DNA of 64,000 nt from a virus (taxonomy: Duplodnaviria > Caudoviricetes): the IMG/VR virus record IMGVR_UViG_3300042396_000691, positions 1-64,000 of that record; one strand, written 5' to 3'. How positions within the stretch are numbered: the first letter of the stretch is position 1; the number at the start of each line of letters is the position of its first letter. The translations under genes were made by a program, and so were the position numbers. Below the pieces are notes generated by a model, which had not been told where the DNA came from, searched no databases, and saw only the letters and a program-made list of their open reading frames with translations. This document shows positions 12,315 through 20,499 of this stretch, piece after piece.

Positions 12315-12605
12315 ATGAAATGTTTTTTTTCAGCAATTGGTTTTATTTTACTGGCTTGTACATCAAATGCTCAACAGATTATGTACAGACCATTGCAGCA
12401 ACAAGCGTACAGTTACAACAACTATAATAGCTATAATAATACACAAAGGTATTATCCAAGCAATCCTATTCAGAAAACTCCAACTGGATATTTATATTAC
12501 CCATTAACTAATTTGCCACCATTGCAGTCAAGTGGATACACATTACAAAATACTCAGCCGTATATTGGAATGTATTACTATAGTCCTAGTTTATGGTTAC
12601 AATAA
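12315..12605 (+). CDS. Small secreted Tyr/Gln/Pro-rich protein
   Basis: N-terminal signal peptide (MKCFFSAIGFILLACTSNA), low-complexity mature part, RBS AAGGAG. Confidence 0.55.
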   Translation: MKCFFSAIGFILLACTSNAQQIMYRPLQQQAYSYNNYNSYNNTQRYYPSNPIQKTPTGYLYYPLTNLPPLQSSGYTLQNTQPYIGMYYYSPSLWLQ

Positions 12606-13352
12606 ATGTTTAACGAAGATGATTTACATAAGTGGAAAAGCTCAAAACCATTTAATCATTTAGTAATAGACAATTTTTTAGAAAGCTCATTGGCTATGCA
12701 AATAGCTGATGAGTTTCCTTCTATTAATGATGACTTTTGGTTTTACTATAACAATGCTGTTGAAGTTAAAAAAGCCTGTGATATGTGGTGTAAGTTTCCA
12801 AAATCAATATATAAAACAATATTTGAATTAACCAGCAAAGAATTTGTAGACTCTTTATCTAATTTAGTTGGTAAACAGGTTTGGGCAGACTATGGGTTAA
12901 ATGGCGGTGGCATACACGCTATGGGCAATTCTGGAAAATTAAACCCACATTTAGACTACAACATACACCCAAAGCTTGGACTACAAAGAAAGATAAATTT
13001 AATAATATACTTAACAAAAGATTGGGATACATCTTGGGGTGGAGCTATAGAGTTATGGTCACACGATGAAGAAAACAATAAACCAAAACAGATAGATGTT
13101 AAAATAGATTGTGTTTTTAATAGGGCATTACTATTTGATACAACTCAAAACTCTTGGCATGGCATATCAGATCAGATCACATGTCCAATCGACAAATCAA
13201 GAAATTCAATAGCAATATACTATGTTTGTGAGCCAGAAATTGGCAGCGAAAATAGGAATAAAGCTTTGTTTGCCCCAACAGAGAACCAAAAGGGAGATAA
13301 GGCAGTTGAAGAACTTATAAGACAAAGACTTTTGGGTAAATACAAAATATAG
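12606..13352 (+). CDS. 2OG-Fe(II) oxygenase (prolyl-hydroxylase-like)
   Basis: HxD (HLD), RKINLIIYL, GGAIELW, distal His (SWHG) and RxS (RNS) 2OG-binding motif. Confidence 0.9.
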   Translation: MFNEDDLHKWKSSKPFNHLVIDNFLESSLAMQIADEFPSINDDFWFYYNNAVEVKKACDMWCKFPKSIYKTIFELTSKEFVDSLSNLVGKQVWADYGLNGGGIHAMGNSGKLNPHLDYNIHPKLGLQRKINLIIYLTKDWDTSWGGAIELWSHDEENNKPKQIDVKIDCVFNRALLFDTTQNSWHGISDQITCPIDKSRNSIAIYYVCEPEIGSENRNKALFAPTENQKGDKAVEELIRQRLLGKYKI

Positions 13353-13379
13353 TAAATATTAATGCACCTTAAGCGAATA
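13353..13379 (+). promoter_or_regulatory. Repeated promoter motif copy 9
   Basis: TAAA 13353-13356, N17, CGAATA 13374-13379, upstream of ORF 13420 and the MTase cluster. Confidence 0.75.
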
Positions 13380-13419
13380 GCTTGTTGTACAAAACATTTA
13401 CTTTTTATAGGAGGATACA

Positions 13420-13821
13420 ATGGAATCAAAAGCACCAATCGAAATCAATGGGGAAAAATATCTGCTGTTTGCAAGCGAAAATGTTAAAAGGCTTTTAAGA
13501 AAGAATAAGGTTGCAGCAGTAACTATTCTTGAAGAGTTCATTAATAAACCATTTACAAAGCTTGGAACATCTAATATTAAGAGAATTGCAGAAACAAACT
13601 TAAACATCTTGAACATTCAAGCAACAGAGTTTGAATCTCAAGAAGAAATCAAATGCTTTATCTTGCATTGTGTTGGTAACTATACGCAAATGTTGCCAAT
13701 ATATCCAAAGAAGTGGTCAGTAATGTTGGAATGTGGACATAAAGCAATATTTGATGAAACAGTTGATTATATCTGTAAAGATCATGTAGTCACATGTTTT
13801 AAGTGCAATAAAAATAATTAA
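13420..13821 (+). CDS. Hypothetical protein with C-terminal Zn-ribbon
   Basis: LECGH...CFKC, RBS AGGAGG. Confidence 0.55.
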   Translation: MESKAPIEINGEKYLLFASENVKRLLRKNKVAAVTILEEFINKPFTKLGTSNIKRIAETNLNILNIQATEFESQEEIKCFILHCVGNYTQMLPIYPKKWSVMLECGHKAIFDETVDYICKDHVVTCFKCNKNN

Positions 13822-13870
13822 TGCTTTTTAATCTGTAAGAAAAACGCATACATATTTCTTACAAGGAGGT

Positions 13871-14773
13871 TTGATGTTAAAGGTATATGATATGTTTTCG
13901 GGGATAGGTGGATTTGCTCTAGGATTTCAAAAGGAAGGCTTTGAAATAGCTGCTTTTGCAGAGTTAGATAAGTATCCTTCTGAAGTTTTGGCTAAGAATT
14001 TTCCAAATGTCCCCAACTATGGAGATGTAACAAAAGTAGAGTATGAAAAAGATCAATTCGATTTAATTGTTGGGGGTTTTCCCTGCACAGATATATCTAT
14101 AGCAAGTCAATCAAAGGAGGGCATTTATGGAAAAAGATCATTCTTGTGGAAAGAATTCTTCCGAGCAGTTAGAGATGTTCAACCAAAATACTGTGTCATT
14201 GAAAATGTCTTTATGCTGCTTGGAAGAGGGCTTGAAACGGTGCTACAAGACCTTGCCAGCATCGGGTACGATGCGACTTATACAACGCTCGATGCCCAAT
14301 ACTGTGGAACAGCCCAACGAAGGCGTAGAGTTTACATTTTGGGAGTCCGTGATGGAATCCCCGCCAATAGCGATATATTCGAGTTTGGCCCTCGTAGTAC
14401 TAGAACCTGTCAACAAAGCGTGGAACTTGTCAAAAAAAGCTTTGAATGGAATTTTAAAGAGAGCATGTGGTTCAAAGAAACCTTTGCCTACTTTACTCGC
14501 CAAAGAAGTGATCAATTTGATGAATGCGGAGTCTCGTCAACCTTAACAAAAAGAGATTATAAGTCTTTTACAGATTTAGTAGTCTCTGATGGTAATATAC
14601 GCAGAGTAACGCCTACAGAAAGGCTTCGCCTTATGGGTTTTCATGACCATTGGCATATCCAAGATGCTTCTAATACAGATAAGTATAAATACAATGGTAT
14701 GCATGTGCCTTCGGTTCAATATATAGCAAAATGTTTAAAGGAGTACGAAAGATGTTTGAATTTGCAAAAATAG
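13871..14773 (+). CDS. C5 DNA cytosine methyltransferase (large chain), atypical motif X
   Basis: Motif I FSGIGG, IV GGFPC, VI ENV, VIII QRRRR, IX RRVTPTERLRLMGF. Motif X reads YKYNGMHVP instead of the usual YKQxGN[SA]V. Confidence 0.92.
   Translation: MMLKVYDMFSGIGGFALGFQKEGFEIAAFAELDKYPSEVLAKNFPNVPNYGDVTKVEYEKDQFDLIVGGFPCTDISIASQSKEGIYGKRSFLWKEFFRAVRDVQPKYCVIENVFMLLGRGLETVLQDLASIGYDATYTTLDAQYCGTAQRRRRVYILGVRDGIPANSDIFEFGPRSTRTCQQSVELVKKSFEWNFKESMWFKETFAYFTRQRSDQFDECGVSSTLTKRDYKSFTDLVVSDGNIRRVTPTERLRLMGFHDHWHIQDASNTDKYKYNGMHVPSVQYIAKCLKEYERCLNLQK
14127..14546 (+). CDS. Nested out-of-frame gene, resembling the M.EcoHK31I beta subunit
   Basis: Own RBS AAAGGAGG (14113-14120) 6 nt before ATG. 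A 139-aa open frame in AT-rich DNA with motifs SLKMS, LPASGTM, SSLALVVLE and LSKKALNGILKRA..KKPLP. Confidence 0.75.
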   Translation: MEKDHSCGKNSSEQLEMFNQNTVSLKMSLCCLEEGLKRCYKTLPASGTMRLIQRSMPNTVEQPNEGVEFTFWESVMESPPIAIYSSLALVVLEPVNKAWNLSKKALNGILKRACGSKKPLPTLLAKEVINLMNAESRQP

Positions 14774-15384
14774 CAGAAAAGTTTGATGAGCACTTGTCTG
14801 GACAACTATATTGGCACAGCAATTTCGTTAATCATTTCTTGCCTGAGATTGCATCTGTTTTTATGGCAGAAGGAACAAATGTATATGATTTTGGTGCATC
14901 AACAGGTAATGTAGAGGTGGCTTTATCAAGTATGATTAAGTCAAGGGGCATAGATTTTATACCTGTGGAAAAATGTAAAGAGATGGCAGAAAGATATAAA
15001 GGCGAAAGCGAAGTGGTTGTTGATGATTTTTTAAATGTGTATATGGAAGAGTTTTCATTTGCCACATGTATTTTGTCTTTATGCTTTATCCATCCATCAA
15101 AAAGAGAAACATTTATTGATTCTTTAAAAAACAATTGTATGATTGGCGGTGCTTTTGTAGTTTTAGAGAAAATGAAATCTAAAGGAGGATATCTAGGCAC
15201 AGCACTAAATAGAGTTACATGGCGTAATAAGATTGAAAATGGTGAATCTTTAAAAATGGTAATCAATAAAGAGCTTTCGTTAAGTGGTGTGCAGTATCCT
15301 CTAAGTGAAAAAGAACTTGAAGGATTTGAGTTAATATGGGCGTATGGTGATTTTCGTGCTTATATTTGGTTAAAGGAGTTTTAA
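14752..15384 (+). CDS. CmoA-like class I SAM-dependent enzyme (carboxy-SAM synthase fold)
   Basis: FEF..AEKFDEH..., NVYDFGASTG, LSLCF, GGAFVVLEK and KIENG...NKELSLSGVQYP follow the CmoA layout. RBS AAGGAG precedes ATG 14752, which overlaps the end of the MTase gene. Confidence 0.75.
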   Translation: MFEFAKIAEKFDEHLSGQLYWHSNFVNHFLPEIASVFMAEGTNVYDFGASTGNVEVALSSMIKSRGIDFIPVEKCKEMAERYKGESEVVVDDFLNVYMEEFSFATCILSLCFIHPSKRETFIDSLKNNCMIGGAFVVLEKMKSKGGYLGTALNRVTWRNKIENGESLKMVINKELSLSGVQYPLSEKELEGFELIWAYGDFRAYIWLKEF

Positions 15385-15385
15385 A

Positions 15386-15631
15386 ATGGAAGAAGAATTG
15401 GATTACCATTGTTCTGAATGCGGTATTCAAATTTCAGAATGGATGCTTAGAGATGTCGATGGAGTCACAAATGACACATGTTTAAATTGTGCTATTAAAA
15501 CATCATTGATGTCATGTCCTGTGTGCGATAAAAATATAGGTATGACAAATGTAGATCGTGCAAATAGAATACTTGGCGATGGATGGGAAGAAATGTGCGA
15601 AGACTGTGCAAAAGCATTTATTGAAAAATAG
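15386..15631 (+). CDS. Small Cys-rich zinc-finger protein
   Basis: Four CxxC pairs. Confidence 0.6.
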   Translation: MEEELDYHCSECGIQISEWMLRDVDGVTNDTCLNCAIKTSLMSCPVCDKNIGMTNVDRANRILGDGWEEMCEDCAKAFIEK

Positions 15632-15822
15632 CCAAGTTTTATTGTGCTTACAATGGGGTATTTATAATGGAAGACTTTAAAAAATGGTACATTTGTTCTT
15701 ACTGTGCATTTAAATTTTATTGGGAAGGCTTAGAAGATCCAATACAATGTCCAAAATGTAGATCCGAAGAAATTATTTTAATAAAAGAAAATAAAATTTT
15801 GTAAAACTATAATGGAGCATAA

Positions 15823-16767
15823 ATGACAATCAACAGAAGAATATTTTATGCTTGCCAAGCGGTTGGAATTGGTGACAAAGACGGTGCAAATTTCACTGTA
15901 GCTCACGGTGTTCAGAGTGTTGGCATAAATACACAGTTTAACTTAGAACAAATTTTTGAAGTTGGGATGATTTCAATTTATGAAAATATTGAAAATGTTC
16001 CAGATGTTGAAGTAACATTAGAAAAGGTTTTGGATGGAAGGCCACTTCTTTACAATTTAGCAACATCAAGTGCTGCTGGAACTAGTTTATCGGCAAAATC
16101 AGTGGCACAATGCTCTGTAGCATTAGCCATTTTTGATGACACATCTGTAGCTGCAACTGGTACAGCAAAAGCTAGTTGTGTAATGAAAAAATGTGTTGTA
16201 AGTCAAATAACATACAAAGTCGCAGTTGAAGGAAATGCAACAGAATCTATTACGCTTGTTGGAAATGAAAAAGTTTGGTCAAGTTCTTTTAGCCCATCAA
16301 ATACAGAATGGTACATAGACAACCTTCCAGCAACAGATGTTCCAGACGATGAACCAAATTCAACTGTACAAAGAAGACAGCATGTTAATATGATTGCATC
16401 AAAAATACCAAGCTGCATACCAGCAATATCATCATTTCAATCAATATCTGTTGGTGCAAACATAACTAGAGAGAAAATACTTGAACTTGGAAGTAAAGTT
16501 CCATATTTTAGATATGCAAAATTTCCAGTAGAAGTGACATCACAATTTGAAATCATAGCAAAAAAGGGTGATCAAATAGGCGTTGTTGAAGATGCCAATA
16601 ATTTAACAGATGAAGAAATAAAACTGGTTTTTTTAAATGGAACTACAATAGACCTTGGCAAAAAGAATAAGTTAGAATCTGCAAATTATCAGGGCGGTGG
16701 AACAGATGGTGGTAATGCAACAATAACATATAGCTTTAAGACATTTAACGATTTCACGGTAACATAA
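15823..16767 (+). CDS. Putative tail-tube-like structural protein
   Basis: Beta-rich protein with two repeats of an SVGxN...EQIFEVG / SVGAN..REKILELG type motif, as in phage tail tube proteins. Recognised by eye only. Confidence 0.5.
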   Translation: MTINRRIFYACQAVGIGDKDGANFTVAHGVQSVGINTQFNLEQIFEVGMISIYENIENVPDVEVTLEKVLDGRPLLYNLATSSAAGTSLSAKSVAQCSVALAIFDDTSVAATGTAKASCVMKKCVVSQITYKVAVEGNATESITLVGNEKVWSSSFSPSNTEWYIDNLPATDVPDDEPNSTVQRRQHVNMIASKIPSCIPAISSFQSISVGANITREKILELGSKVPYFRYAKFPVEVTSQFEIIAKKGDQIGVVEDANNLTDEEIKLVFLNGTTIDLGKKNKLESANYQGGGTDGGNATITYSFKTFNDFTVT

Positions 16768-17229
16768 TGAATACTACTGAGCAAAAAAAAATCAAAACTT
16801 TAGAAGCTTTTAATCTTGAATTGCAATTTCATTTTACAATACAAGACGAGAGAATTAAAAAGCTTGAACAAGCAATAAAAACTCATCAAGAAGAAATGGA
16901 AAATCATTGGCTGTATGCTGGTATAGACAAAAGACAAGTTCCTGATTGGGATACCAATAAAAAACTATGGGATTGTTTATAAAAACATGAATACTGATGA
17001 TTCCTATACAATTGTGTTCACAAATGAAATGCTTAAGTCTATCGGTATAGACACAGATCAAAATGATATTGATGTAAAAATAGTAATAGAAAATGGAACT
17101 ATTAAAGTTTTGAGAAAAGAAAATGTTGTTTGACAACTATGTTTGTGCCTTTTTTCAGTATGTATGTTATGCAACAGTATATTTACTTATCATCAAACTA
17201 ATAAAAGAAATATTAAATGAGGATTCTGA

Positions 17230-17256
17230 TAAATTTTTTTGAGTGTTGAACGAATA
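17230..17256 (+). promoter_or_regulatory. Repeated promoter motif copy 10
   Basis: TAAA 17230-17233, N17, CGAATA 17251-17256, at the head of the 17297-csrA-DUF1501 gene run. Confidence 0.8.
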
Positions 17257-17296
17257 ACAATATGTGTAAGGAATACATAACCCAAGGAGAAAAGAT

Positions 17297-17584
17297 ATGA
17301 TGATTTACGATTGGCTTTTTGGTAAGGAAAAAAAGAAGAATTGTGGTGGTTGCAAGCTAAAGCAACAAGAAAAATCAATAGAACAATTTGTTTCTGAGCT
17401 TAACTTGTTAAAAGCTAAATTTAACGATCTAGAGTTAGATTATATTGAGTTAGAAAATATTAATGCATCACTAAGTTCTTCTAATGAGGAACTAAAAACT
17501 AAAAATAACGAACTAATATCTGTACTGTTAAAAGTATCTGATATAGCAAGAGTTAGTGTTGAGTGTAATAAAAAAGGATATTAA
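17297..17584 (+). CDS. Coiled-coil hypothetical protein
   Basis: RBS AAGGAG, heptad Leu pattern. Confidence 0.6.
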   Translation: MMIYDWLFGKEKKKNCGGCKLKQQEKSIEQFVSELNLLKAKFNDLELDYIELENINASLSSSNEELKTKNNELISVLLKVSDIARVSVECNKKGY

Positions 17585-17589
17585 CTGAA

Positions 17590-17661
17590 ATTATAAGGTG
17601 TCTGGACTAATGACGGTGGGAAAGGTCTTACTAGTTGTGTTGACTAGAGACACCTTATAAT
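17590..17661 (+). ncRNA. Structured leader RNA upstream of csrA (putative three-way junction)
   Basis: Perfect 14-bp closing stem ATTATAAGGTGTCT/AGACACCTTATAAT enclosing GGACT/GGTCT and CTAGT/ACTAG hairpins. Confidence 0.6.
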
Positions 17662-17680
17662 AAACTTAGGAGGAATTAAT

Positions 17681-17911
17681 ATGGAAATTGGAAGTTTGGT
17701 TTTTGCTAGAAAGTTGAATGAAGCTTTTACTATTTATACCGATTCTGGTGATATAGAGGTTACCATTAAAGAAATAAATACATCTTCAAATCAAGTTAGA
17801 CTGCGTGTTAGAGCACCAAAAAACATTAAAATCATGCGAGATAATGCAGTTGATTTAAAACCAAAAGATATATTGTTCACACCAACAATTCCAAGATCGG
17901 AGAAAAGATGA
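17681..17911 (+). CDS. csrA: Carbon storage regulator CsrA/RsmA-like RNA-binding protein
   Basis: LVFARKLNEAFTI...DIEVTI....NQVRLRVRAPKNIKIMR matches the CsrA pattern. Confidence 0.85.
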   Translation: MEIGSLVFARKLNEAFTIYTDSGDIEVTIKEINTSSNQVRLRVRAPKNIKIMRDNAVDLKPKDILFTPTIPRSEKR

Positions 17912-19185
17912 ACAGAAGACATTTTATAAAACATACGGCTGGAATTTCCGCACTTTCTTTTGTGGATAAAGTTAAGGCACAAGAAGAAACACTTAAAAAG
18001 TCTGGAAAAAAGCTTATTGTATTGTGGATGGGGGGTGGTCCTAGCCATATGGACCTTTGGGATTTAAAGCAGGGTCAAGCAAATGGCGGTGAATTTAAAC
18101 AAATACTTACTTCAGCGAATGGAATTAGTATTAGTGAAGTTCTTCCAACAATCGCTTCTCAGTTTCACAATTTAGTTGCTGTTCGATCTCTTGTGACTAA
18201 CGAAGGAAGTCATGAGAGAGGAACCGTTTTAATGAATACTGGGCATCAACCAAGCGTTGTTGTGCAGTATCCATCCATTGGATCGGTAACATCTTCGCTT
18301 TTAACATCAAAAGAACTACCCTTACCAGGATTTATTGGTATTGGAAATTCAGCACAAAGAATTGGGCCAGGATTTTTAGGAACAAACCTTGCACCATTCA
18401 CCGTTCAAAATGCTGGAACTCCACCAGAGAATATTAAAGCACCAAAGGAAATAGATGATGAAGAAAGACTTAGACGAAGACAAAGACTGTTTTATACATT
18501 GGAAGACGATTTTTCGGAAAGAATTGCACCTCACATTAAAAATAGTGTGGCTAGAGAAGCTATGGGCAATCATGCTCAATCTCATTCTAATATCTATGGC
18601 AAAGCCTTTGATCTTACATTATCTCCGCTAAAAACAATCTTTGAACTAAAAGACGAAAATCCTAAAACGATTGAGTCTTATGGTGGTAGAGGAAATAACT
18701 TTGGAATGGGTTGTCTTCTTGCTAGAAAGTTAATTTCTAAGGGGGTTAGCTGTGTACAAATCGACCTGGGTGGATGGGATAATCATAGCAATATCTTTAC
18801 TACTATTAGGAATGGGAATGGGAATCGTCTTGATATGGGCATGGGATATCTGGTCAAGGACTTGGTAGATATGGGTATGTGGAAAGACACCGTAGTTATG
18901 TGGATGGGAGAGTTTGGTCGTACACCTAAGATTAATCAGAACGCTGGTCGTGATCATTGGGCTAGATGTTGGTCTGTGGTTCTTGGGGGTGGTACTATCA
19001 AAGGTGGACAGGTTTATGGTTCTACAACCTCTGATGGCATGGACATTAAAGACAAGCCTTGCAGCATTTCAGATGTTTATGCTACAGTGTACAAAGCTTT
19101 GGGTTTAGACCCAATGTTTCAAATTAGGGATAATTTAGGGCGACCAATACCTATATCAGAAGGAAAACCGTTAGATATATTTTGA
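17908..19185 (+). CDS. DUF1501 family protein (Tat-exported, alkaline phosphatase/sulfatase-like superfamily)
   Basis: Tat motif NRRHF, LWMGGGPSHMDLWD, YPSIGS, FGMGCLLARKL, GGWDNH, GEFGRTPKINQNAGRDHW. Confidence 0.92.
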   Translation: MNRRHFIKHTAGISALSFVDKVKAQEETLKKSGKKLIVLWMGGGPSHMDLWDLKQGQANGGEFKQILTSANGISISEVLPTIASQFHNLVAVRSLVTNEGSHERGTVLMNTGHQPSVVVQYPSIGSVTSSLLTSKELPLPGFIGIGNSAQRIGPGFLGTNLAPFTVQNAGTPPENIKAPKEIDDEERLRRRQRLFYTLEDDFSERIAPHIKNSVAREAMGNHAQSHSNIYGKAFDLTLSPLKTIFELKDENPKTIESYGGRGNNFGMGCLLARKLISKGVSCVQIDLGGWDNHSNIFTTIRNGNGNRLDMGMGYLVKDLVDMGMWKDTVVMWMGEFGRTPKINQNAGRDHWARCWSVVLGGGTIKGGQVYGSTTSDGMDIKDKPCSISDVYATVYKALGLDPMFQIRDNLGRPIPISEGKPLDIF

Positions 19186-20117
19186 TTAATTATTCTTTAT
19201 GCTTATATGGTAAATTTGTAAATTCTGTTGAAGAATCTTTAAACAGTATGGAAAGGTTCTCAACAGGATTGCTTGAATTTTTTTCAAAATTAAATCATAT
19301 AAATTTAAAAGCTGTTCCATTTGATTGGAGAACAGAGCTTAATCCAGAAAAAACATTTAATAAAATTCCAAAAAGCGATTTTTTATTAACATCTTTATAC
19401 ACATCAAATGTTGTAAACAATAATTGTTTAGCAAAAGAAAAAGTTAATTATAAAACTTCAACCTTTTTAGAAAATAAAAGTTTGTGGGATTATTCATTTG
19501 CAAATCTAAGGGAAAGTTCTCCAGAGTGTTATATTCCATACCCATGCTCAAAAAGATTGTTTAAATACGAAGAAAAAATAGCAAAAACAATTCTTTTAGA
19601 CGATCACAATCAACAAATAGGTTTTGGAAAAGACATATCTGTAGAAATAACAGATTGGTTAGAAGAAATTGTGAGTGAAGGATATAAGATTTATCAGCTT
19701 ACAAAAAAAAATGATAAGCCACATTCAAAAATTATAGAACCAATATTTAAATGTAATTATAAAGAGTACATGGAAAAAACATCTAGAATAGAATCTTTTA
19801 TACTGACACACCCAGGAAGTTACGAAAATTCTGTAATTGATATGGTTGCAAGAGGAACGAGAGTATTAGTTCCTATAGATCAAGGAACATTTAAAAGATA
19901 TGACAAGACAGAGGGGTTTGTTCCAATAGAAATAATTAAAGACTTTGAATTAGGAACATTTAAAAATAAAGAACAATTAATAAATTTAATAAAAAAACCA
20001 ATAGACAATTCCAATTTTGAAAAACATGTATCTATGATGACAGATATGGAAGAAGTTGTTTTGACAATAGATAGAGTTTTTCAAGATATAATAACAAACA
20101 GCAACAAAACATCTTGA
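19182..20117 (+). CDS. Hypothetical protein, possibly a degenerate GT-B fold
   Basis: THPGSYENSVIDMVARGTRVLVP loosely resembles the GT4 ExFGxxxxEAMxxG motif. Confidence 0.4.
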   Translation: MINYSLCLYGKFVNSVEESLNSMERFSTGLLEFFSKLNHINLKAVPFDWRTELNPEKTFNKIPKSDFLLTSLYTSNVVNNNCLAKEKVNYKTSTFLENKSLWDYSFANLRESSPECYIPYPCSKRLFKYEEKIAKTILLDDHNQQIGFGKDISVEITDWLEEIVSEGYKIYQLTKKNDKPHSKIIEPIFKCNYKEYMEKTSRIESFILTHPGSYENSVIDMVARGTRVLVPIDQGTFKRYDKTEGFVPIEIIKDFELGTFKNKEQLINLIKKPIDNSNFEKHVSMMTDMEEVVLTIDRVFQDIITNSNKTS

Positions 20118-20140
20118 TTATAAAATTTTTTTTGATAACC

Positions 20141-20166
20141 TAAATTTCTAACAGGAAGCACGAATA
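20141..20166 (+). promoter_or_regulatory. Repeated promoter motif copy 11 (N16)
   Basis: TAAA 20141-20144, N16, CGAATA 20161-20166. Confidence 0.65.
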
Positions 20167-20220
20167 GTATAACAATGGCATGTTGCCAGAAGTTTCTATT
20201 CTAATCATAGGAGGTGTGTT

Positions 20221-20463
20221 ATGTTTAGTTTTGTTTTGGGTATCGCTTGTGCTGCGAGTGTTGAGTCCATTGACATTATTAAGATTCGTGGTGGATCTTC
20301 TTGCTCAAATGGATCGTGTTCTGGATCTGTTTTTACAGAAGCAACTAAATCTTCTAAGGTTGAAGTTGTTAAAAAACAGGAAGTTGCAACTAAATCTTGC
20401 AATCAGAACACAGCTTGTGCCAAGAAATCAAAATTTAAGATTTTTAAAAAGGCATGTCGTTAA
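20221..20463 (+). CDS. Small secreted Cys-containing protein
   Basis: RBS AGGAGG, hydrophobic N-terminus, GGSSCSNGSC motif, basic C-terminus. Confidence 0.55.
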   Translation: MFSFVLGIACAASVESIDIIKIRGGSSCSNGSCSGSVFTEATKSSKVEVVKKQEVATKSCNQNTACAKKSKFKIFKKACR

Positions 20464-20473
20464 AAATAAATGT

Positions 20474-20499
20474 AAAAGGGGGGCTTTTGCCCCCTTTTT
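20474..20499 (+). terminator. Rho-independent terminator (probably bidirectional)
   Basis: GGGGGC-TTTT-GCCCCC followed by TTTTT and preceded by an A-tract. Confidence 0.85.

Noticed and set aside
13824-13850. Possible extra promoter copy (CGCATA) before the MTase
   Set aside because: Mismatch in the CGAATA box and no TAAA at the expected spacing.
14243-15266. Antisense ORFs in the track (e.g. 14243-14515, 14832-15266 and many others opposite conserved genes)
   Set aside because: No recognisable motifs or obvious RBS, consistent with shadow ORFs, unlike the nested sense-strand ORF at 14127.
17607-17623. CTAATGA...GAAA resembles a hammerhead ribozyme core
   Set aside because: Conserved G5 is replaced by A, stem II would be 1 bp, and no compatible stems I and III exist.
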